A DNA stretch of 64,000 nt from the NCBI RefSeq assembly GCF_030537745.1, contig NZ_JAUNVI010000007.1, forward strand, positions 10,267 to 74,266, written 5' to 3'. Shown here one piece after another: positions 43,024 through 52,970 of the stretch (positions within the stretch are counted from its first letter, which is position 1; the number at the start of each line of letters is the position of its first letter). The translations under genes were made by a program, and so were the position numbers. Below the pieces are notes generated by a model. It was not told the origin of the DNA. It did not search any database and saw only the letters and a program-made list of their open reading frames with translations. The stretch comes from Ornithinimicrobium sp. GTDB taxonomy: Bacteria; Actinomycetota; Actinomycetes; Actinomycetales; Dermatophilaceae.

Positions 43024-43902
43024 TCAATCTACGGCGTCCCTATCCACGGCCCAGAGGGTCTGCGTAAGGAACTGCTCAGCAGCCGGGCGCAGGCCAGCCG
43101 CGATGTCCAGGAAGCGCTCCCGGGCGTGCTGACCCGGCCATGAGCGGGGGAGCACCTCTGCCGGAAGGCCAGGGTCGGCGAAGAGGAACTTGCGCCACTC
43201 GTGCACCAGGTGCGCCCGCACGGGGTAAGCAGCCTTCGGGGGCAGATCACGGACGTCAGCGGGGTGGGGGAGCCCGTCCGCGAAGCTCTGGTATGCCGTG
43301 CCGAGAGCATCGAGGTCCCACACCTTTGCGGCGAGGCGGGCTGCGCGGGTGCTGTCACCAGTGAGTTTTCCGGTGCTTTCCAGAGTGCCGACAGTGTGGT
43401 TGGCGGCGTCGTCGATGCGGCCGCGGGAGTGACCGTCCAGCGGCCCGACGACTCCTGACCAGGTCGCGCCGTGCTCGGCCAGCACCAGCGCCAGCTCCGG
43501 GCTCGGTCTCGGGCTGATCCACGTCGATGCGGCTAGGCGGCCGTAGCCCAGGTAGCCGAGCGAGGCCGCGACGTGGTCACGGCGGCGACGATTGGCGCCG
43601 TGGTCGACGACCACGACGTGCCACGAGCCCGGCCAGGGAGCGGGTCCAGAAGCGTAGATCCGGCGGTAGGCGCGGGCTAGCCGGTTCTGGGCCAGCGGCG
43701 TCGCGGCATACCCGCGAGCTCCGTCGCGGGCCTCCGCGACGAGCCAACCCTCGCGGACGAGTCGGGACACCGCCGTCCGGGTAGCCGCGGGCTGCACACC
43801 GCAGGACTGCGCCAGCGCGACGACCCCGGCGACAGGACCCCACCATCCATGCTCGCGCAGGTGGTCACCGTAGACATCGACGACGGCGGAGCGGGCATGC
43901 AC
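43024..43902 (-). CDS. PaaX family transcriptional regulator
   Basis: ARSAVVDVYGD, RTAVSRL..EGWL, GYG.L, LVHEWRKFLF.DP.LP...LP..WPG. Confidence 0.9.
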   Translation of the reverse strand: MHARSAVVDVYGDHLREHGWWGPVAGVVALAQSCGVQPAATRTAVSRLVREGWLVAEARDGARGYAATPLAQNRLARAYRRIYASGPAPWPGSWHVVVVDHGANRRRRDHVAASLGYLGYGRLAASTWISPRPSPELALVLAEHGATWSGVVGPLDGHSRGRIDDAANHTVGTLESTGKLTGDSTRAARLAAKVWDLDALGTAYQSFADGLPHPADVRDLPPKAAYPVRAHLVHEWRKFLFADPGLPAEVLPRSWPGQHARERFLDIAAGLRPAAEQFLTQTLWAVDRDAVD

Positions 43903-44113
43903 GCTCCCAGTATTCCAGCAACCTGATCGCCAGCACGTCGTCGCAGGTCGGCGCCCTGCCCACGCCGTCGCAGGGGTGTCACCGTCGGGCGCGCCCGAAG
44001 GTCCTTCGATTAGGCGGGTCGAGGAGCAAGGGGGATAATAGGAAGCAGAATTCATACCCGGCGCACCGGCGCCGGGATGCGGTATCTGGCCGCGTCACAA
44101 GGAAGGGCAACCC

Positions 44114-44281
44114 ATGGCAGCAATGAAGCCTCGCACCGGCGACGGCCCCCTGGAAGTCACCAAGGAGGGACGCGGCATCGTCCTGCGGATGCCGCTCGAG
44201 GGCGGTGGACGCCTGGTGGTGGAGATGAACGCTACCGAGGCGACCGCACTGGGCGACGCCATCAAGGAGTGCGTGGGCTGA
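44114..44281 (+). CDS. DUF3117 domain small protein (55 aa, not in the ORF track)
   Basis: Translated by hand: MAAMKPRTGDGPLEVTKEGRGIVLRMPLEGGGRLVVEM..., the conserved actinobacterial DUF3117 sequence. Confidence 0.93.
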   Translation: MAAMKPRTGDGPLEVTKEGRGIVLRMPLEGGGRLVVEMNATEATALGDAIKECVG

Positions 44282-44294
44282 GTCCCCCCTCGCT

Positions 44295-44331
44295 AAGAAG
44301 CCCCCGGATCATCACGCTCCGGGGGCTTCTT
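44295..44331. terminator. bidirectional intrinsic terminator
   Basis: AAGAAGCCCCCGGA-9 nt-TCCGGGGGCTTCTT between convergent genes. Confidence 0.9.
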
Positions 44332-44344
44332 CGTGTGTGGTGGG

Positions 44345-44977
44345 TCAGCGTCGGACGGCCACCAAGAGACCGTCGCCGACGGGCAGGAGCGCCGACAGGA
44401 GCCGATCATCCTGGCGCAGCTTCTTACCGAGATCGCGCAGCAGGGTGGTGACGTCGTCACGGGCCGCCGGGTCAGCGACAAGATCCCCGCCGAGCATGTT
44501 GTTGACCACCAAGACGCCGCCCTGTCGCAGGAGGCGAAGAGCTTCCTCGACGTAGGCCGGGTAGCTGTCGCGGTCGGCGTCGACGAGCACGAGGTCGTAG
44601 GCGCTGTCGGTCAGGCGGCGGAGGACCTGGCCAGCATCCCCACTGATGACCCTTGTGCGCTGTGGGGGGATCCCTGCCTCGGCATAAGCCTCCTTGGCGG
44701 CCTGCTGGTGCTCCGGTTCGTTGTCGATCGAGGTCAGGATGCCGTCGTGCGGCATGCCCTGCAGCAACCACAGGCCGGACGTCCCCGAGCCGGTGCCGAT
44801 CTCCACGACGTGGCGAGCGGCCACCGTGGAGGCCAGGAGACGTAGGGTCGCGCCGGCAGCGGGGGAGATGGGGTCGGTCCCCAGCTCTTCTCCGCGCCGC
44901 TGGGCGCTCTCGAGCACCGGATGCGGGGTGATGAAGTCCTCGGCGTAGACGAGCGAGGCCAGCTTGGGGGATGCCAT
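44345..44977 (-). CDS. O-methyltransferase
   Basis: [24 protein letters not shown]; usual position before sigE. Confidence 0.92.
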   Translation of the reverse strand: MASPKLASLVYAEDFITPHPVLESAQRRGEELGTDPISPAAGATLRLLASTVAARHVVEIGTGSGTSGLWLLQGMPHDGILTSIDNEPEHQQAAKEAYAEAGIPPQRTRVISGDAGQVLRRLTDSAYDLVLVDADRDSYPAYVEEALRLLRQGGVLVVNNMLGGDLVADPAARDDVTTLLRDLGKKLRQDDRLLSALLPVGDGLLVAVRR

Positions 44978-45040
44978 GCCGCCAGCCTATCTGCCAGCCC
45001 TACCCAGCCTGTTCTCAGCAGGGACTGCCACGGTAGCCCG

Positions 45041-45667
45041 ATGAGCCCGCAGCGCACGGACCTCGCGGCCAGCACCAGCCCACCAGACGACCAGGTCGCC
45101 TGGGTCCCCCCGACGTGGGAGGAGATCGTGCGGCAGCATTCGGCGCGTGTCTACCGTCTCTCCTACCGGCTGACCGGCAACCCCCATGAGGCCGAGGATC
45201 TGACCCAGGACGTCTTCGTTCGGGTCTTCCGATCGCTCGATTCCTATCGGCCGGGCACCTTCGAGGGCTGGTTGCACCGCATCACCACCAACCTCTTCCT
45301 CGACAAGGTCAGACGCAAGCAACGCATCCGCTTCGACGCGCTGAGCGAGGAGCTCAGCGCCAGACTGCCCCTGCGAGCCTCCGGCACCGACCCCGAGGAG
45401 GTCTTCGAAATGACCCACCTCGACGCGGAGATCCAGTCGGCGCTGATGGCGCTCCCTCCGCAGTTCCGGGCGGCCGTGGTGCTCTCCGACATCGAGGGCT
45501 ATTCCTATGACGAGGTGGCCCAGACCCTCGGCATCAAGATGGGCACGGTGCGGTCCCGCATCCACCGGGGCCGGGCGCTGCTGCGGCAGTCGCTGGCGCA
45601 CCGGCGTCCAGCGCCTCGTGGGCAGGCAGTGGCCAGCGCCGTTTTCCCACAGCCAGCGCTCGGTTGA
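45041..45667 (+). CDS. sigE: ECF sigma factor, SigE-like
   Basis: [46 protein letters not shown]. Confidence 0.9.
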   Translation: MSPQRTDLAASTSPPDDQVAWVPPTWEEIVRQHSARVYRLSYRLTGNPHEAEDLTQDVFVRVFRSLDSYRPGTFEGWLHRITTNLFLDKVRRKQRIRFDALSEELSARLPLRASGTDPEEVFEMTHLDAEIQSALMALPPQFRAAVVLSDIEGYSYDEVAQTLGIKMGTVRSRIHRGRALLRQSLAHRRPAPRGQAVASAVFPQPALG

Positions 45668-45746
45668 CCACCCGTCCGAGTTCTGGCAGCGCTTCGTCAG
45701 GGAAGCCGTTGGTGGGTGCTGATCGTGACCTTGACACAATCGCCCC

Positions 45747-46895
45747 ATGACGGACCCGACGGCGCTGATCCCGCAGCCGCAACCGCGCACGGAGGTGCGA
45801 CGACGTCGCGGTGCCCCCATCGTGCTAGCTTCGCTCGTTGCCGGTCTGGTCGGTGGACTCGGGGGCGGGGTCCTCGTGCAGACCGTGGCACCGCAGCCCG
45901 TCTCCTCGCGTGCGCAGGCGCCCCCTCTCACGCCGGCGCAGCCGGTGACCAGCGTGCCTGTCGAGGGCACCATTCCTGCCCTTTCTCGGGCGGCCCTGCC
46001 CAGCGTGGCACTGATCTCGCTCGGCCCTGGTGGGCGTGACGGTCAAGGCTCGGGCTTCGTCATCCGGGAGGACGGATACGTCCTGACCAACCACCATGTC
46101 ATCGCGGCGAGCACCTCCGGGGGCGGCATCACCGTCCAGCTTCCCGGCCTGGAGCCGGCCAGCGCGGAGATCGTCGGCTCCGACTCGATCTATGACATCG
46201 CGGTGCTGCGGGTCGACCTGTCCGGACTGGTGCCGCTAATGTTCGCGGATTCCGAAGTCGTCGAGGTCGGGCAGACGGTGGTGGCAGTAGGAGCGCCGCT
46301 GGGGCTGGACAGCACCGTGACGAGCGGGATCGTCTCCGCCCTCGACCGCCCGGTGGTCACGGGAGGCGTCGCTGATCAGAGTTACATCAGCGCTATCCAG
46401 ACCGACGCCGCGATCAACCCGGGAAACTCAGGGGGTCCCTTGCTCGACCTGGCTGGTCGGGTCGTCGGGGTCAACTCGGCGATTGCCCAGGTCCCGAGCA
46501 CCGTAGGGGTTCCTTCCGGGAGTATCGGGCTCGGGTTTGCGATCCCTGCCGAGCAGGCGGAGCGGACCGCGATCCAGATCATCGAGACGGGCAAGAGCCA
46601 GCACCCCGTGATGGGCGTGCATATCGACCTCCATTACACGGGCGAGGGTGCACGGGTCCTGCCCGAGTCCCGCGACGGGATCGACCCGGTCCTTCCGGAC
46701 GGTCCCGCAGACGTGGCTGGGGTTAAGCCGGGAGACATCATCGTGGCCGTCGACGGCAAACGCATCACCGACTCCACTCACCTCCTCGTGGTGCTGCGCT
46801 CGCACGCCATCGGCGAGAGCGTCGAGATGGTGCTGCGGGGTGCCGACGGCGCAGAGCGGTCGGTGTCCATGCGGCTAGCTGGGTCGGGGGACTAG
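45747..46895 (+). CDS. HtrA family S1C serine protease with PDZ domain
   Basis: TM anchor, GSGF, TNHHV, DIAV, TDAAINPGNSGG, C-terminal PDZ. Confidence 0.93.
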   Translation: MTDPTALIPQPQPRTEVRRRRGAPIVLASLVAGLVGGLGGGVLVQTVAPQPVSSRAQAPPLTPAQPVTSVPVEGTIPALSRAALPSVALISLGPGGRDGQGSGFVIREDGYVLTNHHVIAASTSGGGITVQLPGLEPASAEIVGSDSIYDIAVLRVDLSGLVPLMFADSEVVEVGQTVVAVGAPLGLDSTVTSGIVSALDRPVVTGGVADQSYISAIQTDAAINPGNSGGPLLDLAGRVVGVNSAIAQVPSTVGVPSGSIGLGFAIPAEQAERTAIQIIETGKSQHPVMGVHIDLHYTGEGARVLPESRDGIDPVLPDGPADVAGVKPGDIIVAVDGKRITDSTHLLVVLRSHAIGESVEMVLRGADGAERSVSMRLAGSGD

Positions 46896-46951
46896 GTAGG
46901 CTGTGATGGTCGGTCACCGGGCCGACACCGAGCTGCTTGAGGGGCAACAAC

Positions 46952-47326
46952 GTGCTGAATGTCGGTGGTGGTGAGCTTGTCCTGCTCATCCTCGCTGCCC
47001 TGATCATCCTCGGACCGAGCCGGCTGCCGCACTATGCTGCGAAGTTGGCGCAGGGGGTCCGCACGCTCCGTGATCTGGCCGATGGAGCCAAGGCCCAGAT
47101 CAAGACCGAGATGGGCCCCGCTTTCGAGGATGTCGACTGGCGCCAGCTCGACCCACGTCAGTACGACCCTCGCCGCATCGTGCGTGAGGCGTTGGTGAGG
47201 CCATCAGCTCCCACGTCGAACTCGTCCACGGTGACCCGTCCGGACGACGACGTGGCCTCTTTCGTCGGACCCCTGATCGTCCACGATCCGAAGTGCCCGA
47301 CGCCCTTCGACGTCGAAGCGACCTGA
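46952..47326 (+). CDS. tatB: Tat translocase subunit TatB
   Basis: GGGEL....LIILGP.RLP; DWRQLDPRQYDPRRI; FDVEAT C-terminus. Confidence 0.88.
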   Translation: MLNVGGGELVLLILAALIILGPSRLPHYAAKLAQGVRTLRDLADGAKAQIKTEMGPAFEDVDWRQLDPRQYDPRRIVREALVRPSAPTSNSSTVTRPDDDVASFVGPLIVHDPKCPTPFDVEAT

Positions 47327-47330
47327 TCGA

Positions 47331-48473
47331 CTAGCGGCTCATCGTCGGGGTGATGCCGAGCTTGCGGCCGGCCAGGCCCCGGCCCCGCTTCACCAGCTGC
47401 CGGGCGATCCCGCGCAGGGCGGTGGCTGAGGGCGAGTCGGGGGCCGCAACGACGACTGGCCGACCTTGGTCCCCGCCCTCACGCAGCGTGACGTCCAGGG
47501 GCACCTGGCCCAGTAGCGGCACAGGGGCCCCGATCGAGCGGGACAGTGAGTCTGCGACCGACTGACCGCCGCCGCTGCCGAAGAGCTCCTGCCTCGTGCC
47601 GTCCGGAAGCTCGTACCACGACATGTTCTCGATCACGCCCGCCAGCCGCTGATGGGTCTGCATCGAGATCGCGCCCGCACGCTCGGCCACCTCGGCAGCC
47701 GCGAGCTGCGGTGTCGTGACCACGATCAGCTCGCTGCCCGGCAGCAACTGGGCGACGCTGATGGCGATGTCGCCGGTGCCTGGCGGCAGGTCGAGCAGAA
47801 GGACGTCGAGGTCGCCCCAGTAGACGTCCGCCAGGAACTGCTGCACCGCTCGGTGCAGCATCGGTCCACGCCAGACGACGGGCTGGTTGCTGGGCACGAA
47901 CATCCCGATGGAGATGACCTTGACCCCACTCGGCTCGGCGACCGGCGGCAGAATCATGTCGTCGAGCTGAGTCGGTGCCTGCGTGATCCCCAGCATGCGG
48001 GGCACCGAGAAGCCGTAGATGTCGGCGTCGACGACACCGACGCGCAGTCCTTGCGCCGCCATCGCTACCGCCAGGTTGACCGTCACCGACGACTTTCCGA
48101 CGCCGCCCTTGCCGGAGGCGATCGCATAGATCGTGGTCAGCGAATCAGGTCGCGCAAAGGGGATCTCGCGTTCGGTCCCACCCCCGCGGAGCTGGCTGCG
48201 CAAGGATCCGCGCTGCTCGTCGGTCATCACGCCGAGGTGCACGTCGACTCCGGTGACGCCTTCGACGGCAGACACGGCCGCCGTCACGTCCTTGGTGATG
48301 CGGTCCTTGAGCGGGCAGCCGGGAACCGTCAGCAAGACACTGACGCGAACGTGCCCGTCGTCCGTGACATCCACCGACTCCACCATCCCGAGCTCGGTGA
48401 TCGGCTTGTGGATCTCGGGGTCGTCGACGGTCGCTAGGGCAGCGTGCAGGGCATCGGTGCTGGGAACGGACAT
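47331..48473 (-). CDS. mrp: Mrp/NBP35 (ApbC) ATP-binding Fe-S carrier protein
   Basis: N-terminal DUF59, ASGKGGVGKS, DADIYG, WRGPM, DLPPGTGD. Confidence 0.95.
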   Translation of the reverse strand: MSVPSTDALHAALATVDDPEIHKPITELGMVESVDVTDDGHVRVSVLLTVPGCPLKDRITKDVTAAVSAVEGVTGVDVHLGVMTDEQRGSLRSQLRGGGTEREIPFARPDSLTTIYAIASGKGGVGKSSVTVNLAVAMAAQGLRVGVVDADIYGFSVPRMLGITQAPTQLDDMILPPVAEPSGVKVISIGMFVPSNQPVVWRGPMLHRAVQQFLADVYWGDLDVLLLDLPPGTGDIAISVAQLLPGSELIVVTTPQLAAAEVAERAGAISMQTHQRLAGVIENMSWYELPDGTRQELFGSGGGQSVADSLSRSIGAPVPLLGQVPLDVTLREGGDQGRPVVVAAPDSPSATALRGIARQLVKRGRGLAGRKLGITPTMSR

Positions 48474-48509
48474 GTGTCCATGTTAAGCCGCGGCGGGTCC
48501 GCCTCCGAT

Positions 48510-49151
48510 TCACCCCTCTGCGTCACCTCGGCTCGCCTGGCCAGGACCGGCTGACTCGGCGGGAGGGGAGGGTCGCCATCCACGTTCGTCCATGTCCTCC
48601 AGCAGGGTGCGGAACTCGGAGCGGATGAAGTCACGGGTAGCGACGTCGCGCATCGCGATTCGTAGGGCGGCGACCTCGCGGGTCAGAAACTCGGTATCTG
48701 CCAGATTTCGCTCATTGCTGGACCGGTCCTGCTCCATCTGGACCTTGTCGCGGTCGGCTTGCCGATTCTGCGCGAGCAGGATCAGCGGCGCAGCGTAGGA
48801 CGCCTGCAAGCTGAGCATGAGCGTGAGGAAGATGAAGGCGTACGGGTCGAACCGCACTGACGTCGGCGCCACGGTGTTCCACAGCAGCCAGACGGCCACG
48901 AAGATGGTCATCCACACCAGGAAGCGCGCCGTGCCCATGAACCGCGCGAACCGCTCAGCGAAAGCGCCGAAGATCTCTGGGTCCATCCGGGTGGCAGGCA
49001 TCCAGCCTGGTGTCTTGACCAGCGGCTGATCGAGGCCGGCGGGGCTGCCGCGTCGGGTCGGCGTCGGTCGTCGTGGGGTCCGTCGACCAGCGCGGACGGT
49101 GGTGGCGACCTCGGGTCGGGAGGCGTGCGGACGACGCGTTGGCTCAGACAT
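48510..49151 (-). CDS. DUF1003 membrane protein
   Basis: FDPYAFIFLTLMLSLQASYAAPLILLAQNRQ. Confidence 0.92.
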   Translation of the reverse strand: MSEPTRRPHASRPEVATTVRAGRRTPRRPTPTRRGSPAGLDQPLVKTPGWMPATRMDPEIFGAFAERFARFMGTARFLVWMTIFVAVWLLWNTVAPTSVRFDPYAFIFLTLMLSLQASYAAPLILLAQNRQADRDKVQMEQDRSSNERNLADTEFLTREVAALRIAMRDVATRDFIRSEFRTLLEDMDERGWRPSPPAESAGPGQASRGDAEG

Positions 49152-50433
49152 CGTTCACCTGCTGGAGCAGCGCGGTGCCACGTTCTTCGCGCCAGTCTTC
49201 GGGCAGGATGTGATCGAGGACGTCGTCCACGGTCACGGCACCCAGGAGGCGGCCCTCGGCGTCGGTCACGGGCAGCGCGACGAGGTTGTAGGTCGCCAGC
49301 GCGCGGGTGATCTCGCCCAGCGACGCTTCCGGCGGCATGGGGTCGATGTCGGGGTCGAGGATCGACCCGACGGACTGGTGCGGCGGCTCACGGAGCAGCC
49401 GCTGGATGTGGACGCTGCCGAGCAACCGCCCGGTCGGCGTCTCGTGCGGAGGGCGAGTGACGTAGACCAGGGAGGCCGTGGCGGGGTGCAGTTCCTCGCG
49501 GCGGACCATGGCCAGCGCCTCGGCGATCGTTGCCTCCGGCCCCAGGATCACCGGCTCGGGAGTCATGAGACCACCGGCGGTGTTCTCGTCGTAGGTGAGG
49601 AGCCGCCGGATGTCGGCGGCCTCGTCCGGCTCCATCAGCTGGAGCAACTGCTCCTGGGTCGCGGTGGGCAGGTCGGACAGCAGGTCCGTAGCGTCGTCCG
49701 GCTGCATGACCTCCAGGATGTCGGCGGCTCGCTCGGTCGGCAGATGGGTCAGGATCTCGATCCGGTCGTCGTCACCGAGCTCCTCGAGCACGTCGGCCAA
49801 GACCTCGTCGTCCAGGGCATCGGCCACCTCGGCGCGGCGCTTGGGCGTGAGGTCGTGGATAGCCTCCGCCAGGTCCTGTGGCTTGAGGTCCCGATAGGCC
49901 TCCAGCAGTGCCGTCGCGGCCTGTGGAGGGCCAGCCAGGTGCAGCCCCCCGACCTGGTCGATGTCCAGGATGACGGTCTCGCCGCGGCGGCGCATGCGCA
50001 AGCCGCGCACCGCTGAGCCACCCTCACCCTTGCGCACAAAAAGCTTGGTCAGCCGCCAGTTGCCGCCGCGCTGCTGCTCCATACCTGCGTCCTCGACGAC
50101 GGCGGGGAGGTGGCCATCTAAGATGGTGACCTGTCGGTCGAAGAGCTCGCCCACCACGAGCGTCTCCCCAGGTCGCTGAGCGAAGCGCCGCATGTTGACC
50201 AGCCCAGTCGTGATCACGTGGCCGGCATCGATTGAGGTCACCCGGGTGATCGGGACAAAGACCCGTCGTCTCCCTGGGACCTCCACGACGAGGCCGATCG
50301 CGCGCGGCCCCTGCTGCGCCGCGCGACCGGTCAAACTGACCACCACGTCGCGCACTCGGCCGACCTCGTCACCCAACGGATCGAAGACGCTCAGACCGTT
50401 GAGGCGGGCGACGAAGACACGCGGAATACTCAC
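49144..50433 (-). CDS. MgtE N-terminal/CBS domain protein without a TM domain
   Basis: PRC-barrel-like N-terminus, MgtE_N (MQPDDATDLL), TAGGLMT, CBS pair; TATCCT -10 six nt before GTG. Confidence 0.88.
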   Translation of the reverse strand: MSIPRVFVARLNGLSVFDPLGDEVGRVRDVVVSLTGRAAQQGPRAIGLVVEVPGRRRVFVPITRVTSIDAGHVITTGLVNMRRFAQRPGETLVVGELFDRQVTILDGHLPAVVEDAGMEQQRGGNWRLTKLFVRKGEGGSAVRGLRMRRRGETVILDIDQVGGLHLAGPPQAATALLEAYRDLKPQDLAEAIHDLTPKRRAEVADALDDEVLADVLEELGDDDRIEILTHLPTERAADILEVMQPDDATDLLSDLPTATQEQLLQLMEPDEAADIRRLLTYDENTAGGLMTPEPVILGPEATIAEALAMVRREELHPATASLVYVTRPPHETPTGRLLGSVHIQRLLREPPHQSVGSILDPDIDPMPPEASLGEITRALATYNLVALPVTDAEGRLLGAVTVDDVLDHILPEDWREERGTALLQQVNDV

Positions 50434-50456
50434 CTGCGCAGGATAACCGCACGCGG

Positions 50457-50470
50457 GTGACACAGGTCAC
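50457..50470. promoter_or_regulatory. candidate CRP/GlxR-type site
   Basis: GTGA-CACAGG-TCAC matches the GTGA-N6-TCAC core; lies in the divergent spacer. Confidence 0.45.
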
Positions 50471-50580
50471 TGCGCAACTGGAATATAGCGGGTCACCAGT
50501 ACGTATACCATGTATGAGGGCCACGTGGCCCTTATTTTGGAATCTATCTTCCGTCCCAGAAAGGACATCGCAGCCCCATC

Positions 50581-50694
50581 ATGGGTCCGACCATCATTTA
50601 CGTTCCGTCCGCAGGGCGTTCCTTCCGTCATTCGCTGGCTGAGGATGTCGCCAAGCGACCGGTCCGTCCGCGTCGCCGCTTCTTCCGCCGCTGA
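50581..50694 (+). CDS. putative 37-aa Arg-rich small protein (unannotated)
   Basis: MGPTIIYVPSAGRSFRHSLAEDVAKRPVRPRRRFFRR; upstream TACCAT -10 and AGAAAGGA, downstream hairpin. Confidence 0.45.
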   Translation: MGPTIIYVPSAGRSFRHSLAEDVAKRPVRPRRRFFRR

Positions 50695-50735
50695 ACATTC
50701 GCCGCCTGCTCCCGCTCTGATCGCTGGCTAGCCCC

Positions 50736-50768
50736 GACCCCCGTGACATGTTGTCCGGGGGTCTTGTG
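50736..50768 (+). terminator. intrinsic terminator candidate
   Basis: GACCCCCG-T-GACA-TGT-TGTC-CGGGGGTC followed by TTGTG. Confidence 0.6.
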
Positions 50769-50813
50769 CTGCCCGGGGTCGTCTGTCGGGCGCCGGCGAG
50801 GCAGAATGGGGGC

Positions 50814-51329
50814 GTGACCGCATCTTCATCATCCTGGGGCCGGACGAGCGCAGGGCCGGGACCCGTTATGGCGCTCGCTTATCCGATGAGCCTGGGCGTG
50901 CACGACAAGTACGACGATGCCCAGGCTGCCGTCGACTTCCTCTCCGACCATGAGTTTCCGGTCGAGCACTGCATGATCGTGGGAACCGACCTGAAGCAAC
51001 TGGAGAAGGTGACCGGCCGTCTCACGACCGGCCGAGTGGCGGTCGGTGGCCTGCTCTCCGGGATCTGGCTGGGACTGTTCGTCGGACTCATCTTTGCGCT
51101 GTTCGCGCCTTCTGGCGACGCGTTGGTCGCGGTCATCGGGGCCGTGCTGTTCGGCGCGGTCTTCGGACTCGTCTGGGCGCTTCTGGGATACGCGATGACC
51201 CGAGGCAGGCGCGACTTCGTCTCAGTGACGCAGGTCGTGGCCACGAGATATGAGGTGCTGACCGAGCACAACCTCGTGCAGCAGGCTCGCGACCTCCTGG
51301 ATGGACGCGGAGGGAACGCGCTGACCTGA
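50814..51329 (+). CDS. general stress protein (17M-like domain)
   Basis: Y..AQAAVDFLSDHEFPV...MIVG.DL..LEKVTGRLT, two TM, RRDF.S; CAGAAT -10 before GTG. Confidence 0.8.
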   Translation: MTASSSSWGRTSAGPGPVMALAYPMSLGVHDKYDDAQAAVDFLSDHEFPVEHCMIVGTDLKQLEKVTGRLTTGRVAVGGLLSGIWLGLFVGLIFALFAPSGDALVAVIGAVLFGAVFGLVWALLGYAMTRGRRDFVSVTQVVATRYEVLTEHNLVQQARDLLDGRGGNALT

Positions 51330-51368
51330 GTCCGGTGACCGCACTGTCTGGCTCAGGCCCGTCGGCTC

Positions 51369-52907
51369 TCAGCTCTGGCGGACCCCGCCGGAACGGACCC
51401 AGGACTCGACCTCCTCAGCAGTGCGGGGGAGCATCTGGGAGAGGTTGCGGCAGCCGTCGGCGGTGATCACGACGTCGTCCTCGATCCGCACGCCGATCCC
51501 GCGCAGCTCCTCCGGGACCAGCAGGTCGTCGGACTTGAAGTAGAGGCCTGGCTCGACGGTCAGCACCATGCCCTCCCGCAGCTCGCCCTCGACATAGTCC
51601 TCGCGTAGTGCGAGTGCACAGTCGTGGACGTCGATGCCGAGGTGGTGGCTGGTGCCGTGCACCATCCAGCGCCGGTGGAACTGTCCTTCCTCGGCATCCA
51701 GAGTCTGCTCCAGCGTGACGCCGTCCGGCAGCAGGCCCCACGCAAGCAGGTGCTCGGCGATCACCTTAATCGCGGCGGCGTGGATGTCCTTGAACCGGTT
51801 GCCCGGGCGCGCAGCCGCGAGCCCGGCTTCCTGGGCAGCCAAGACGGCGTCGTAGACCTGGCGCTGGGCCGGCGTGAACGTCCCGTCCACCGGGAGGGTG
51901 CGCGTCACGTCGGCAGTGAACAACGAGTCGGTCTCCACGCCAGCGTCCACCAGGAGCAGGTCGCCGCGAGACAGCTCGCCAGTGTTGCGGTTCCAGTGCA
52001 AGGTGGTGGCGTGCTCCCCGGCGGCGCAGATGGAGTCGTAGCCGACGCCGTTGCCGGTATGCCGCGCGTGCAAGCCGAAGACGCCCTCGACCCACCTCTC
52101 GCCCCGGCCGCGACGCACCGCCTCGGGAAGCTGCTCGACCACGGCATCAAAGGCGGTGGCGGTGGCGGCCACCGCCTCCTCCATCTGTCGCACTTCCCAG
52201 TCGTCCTTGACCAGTCGAAGCGTCGACAGCGCACGAGAGAAGGCCTCGTCGGCGAGCTGGACCGCAGTGGTGGCTTGCTCGTCCTGGGTCAGACCGACCT
52301 GCCCACGGACCTGGTCCACCAGCATGGTGACCTCACGGTCCGCTTCGCGGACCATTCGCACGGAGAGGCCACCGGGTCCAGCGTCCTTGCCGATCGCGTC
52401 AGCGAACTGGTCCAGATGGCGGGTGGCCAGCCCTAGCTCAGCGGCGGCGGACGAGAGCGTCGGCCGGCTGCCCACCCAGAACTCACCGACACGGGAGTCG
52501 GCAAAGAACTCCTCGGAATCGCGGTCGGCGAGCGGCAGGAAGTAGAGCACCGCCTCATGGCCGGCGGGGGTGCCGTCCGCGGCGATCACCGGCTCCAGGA
52601 CGAGGACACTGTCGGGCTCGCGATCCACTCCCAGACCCGTGAGGTGGGCGAAGGCGCTGTGCGGACGGAAGACGTAGTCGGTGTCGTTGCTGCGGATCTT
52701 CAGACCGCCCGCAGGAACGACCAGCCGCTCCCCTGGGAAGGCGGCCGAGACCGCCTCCCGGCGGGTTGCGGCATACCTCGCCGCCTCGGTGAGCTCTGGC
52801 AGCTCAGTGCTGCGCGGCGCCCAGTGGCTACCCATGAAGGTGCGGAAGGCCGCCCCGGTCGGACGGCTGCGGTGGTCGGCCTTGTGTTGCTTCTCGCTGA
52901 CGTTCAC
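51369..52907 (-). CDS. Xaa-Pro aminopeptidase (M24B)
   Basis: RSNDTDYVFRPHS, TLHW, LLVDAG, ADVTRT, HGTSHHLG.DVHD, TVEPG, RIEDD. Confidence 0.93.
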   Translation of the reverse strand: MNVSEKQHKADHRSRPTGAAFRTFMGSHWAPRSTELPELTEAARYAATRREAVSAAFPGERLVVPAGGLKIRSNDTDYVFRPHSAFAHLTGLGVDREPDSVLVLEPVIAADGTPAGHEAVLYFLPLADRDSEEFFADSRVGEFWVGSRPTLSSAAAELGLATRHLDQFADAIGKDAGPGGLSVRMVREADREVTMLVDQVRGQVGLTQDEQATTAVQLADEAFSRALSTLRLVKDDWEVRQMEEAVAATATAFDAVVEQLPEAVRRGRGERWVEGVFGLHARHTGNGVGYDSICAAGEHATTLHWNRNTGELSRGDLLLVDAGVETDSLFTADVTRTLPVDGTFTPAQRQVYDAVLAAQEAGLAAARPGNRFKDIHAAAIKVIAEHLLAWGLLPDGVTLEQTLDAEEGQFHRRWMVHGTSHHLGIDVHDCALALREDYVEGELREGMVLTVEPGLYFKSDDLLVPEELRGIGVRIEDDVVITADGCRNLSQMLPRTAEEVESWVRSGGVRQS

Positions 52908-52970
52908 CCCTCCATCGTAGGTGGACTCCACCACCACGTGCCGGTCAGGTTCGCCGCTTAGGATTGGGCG

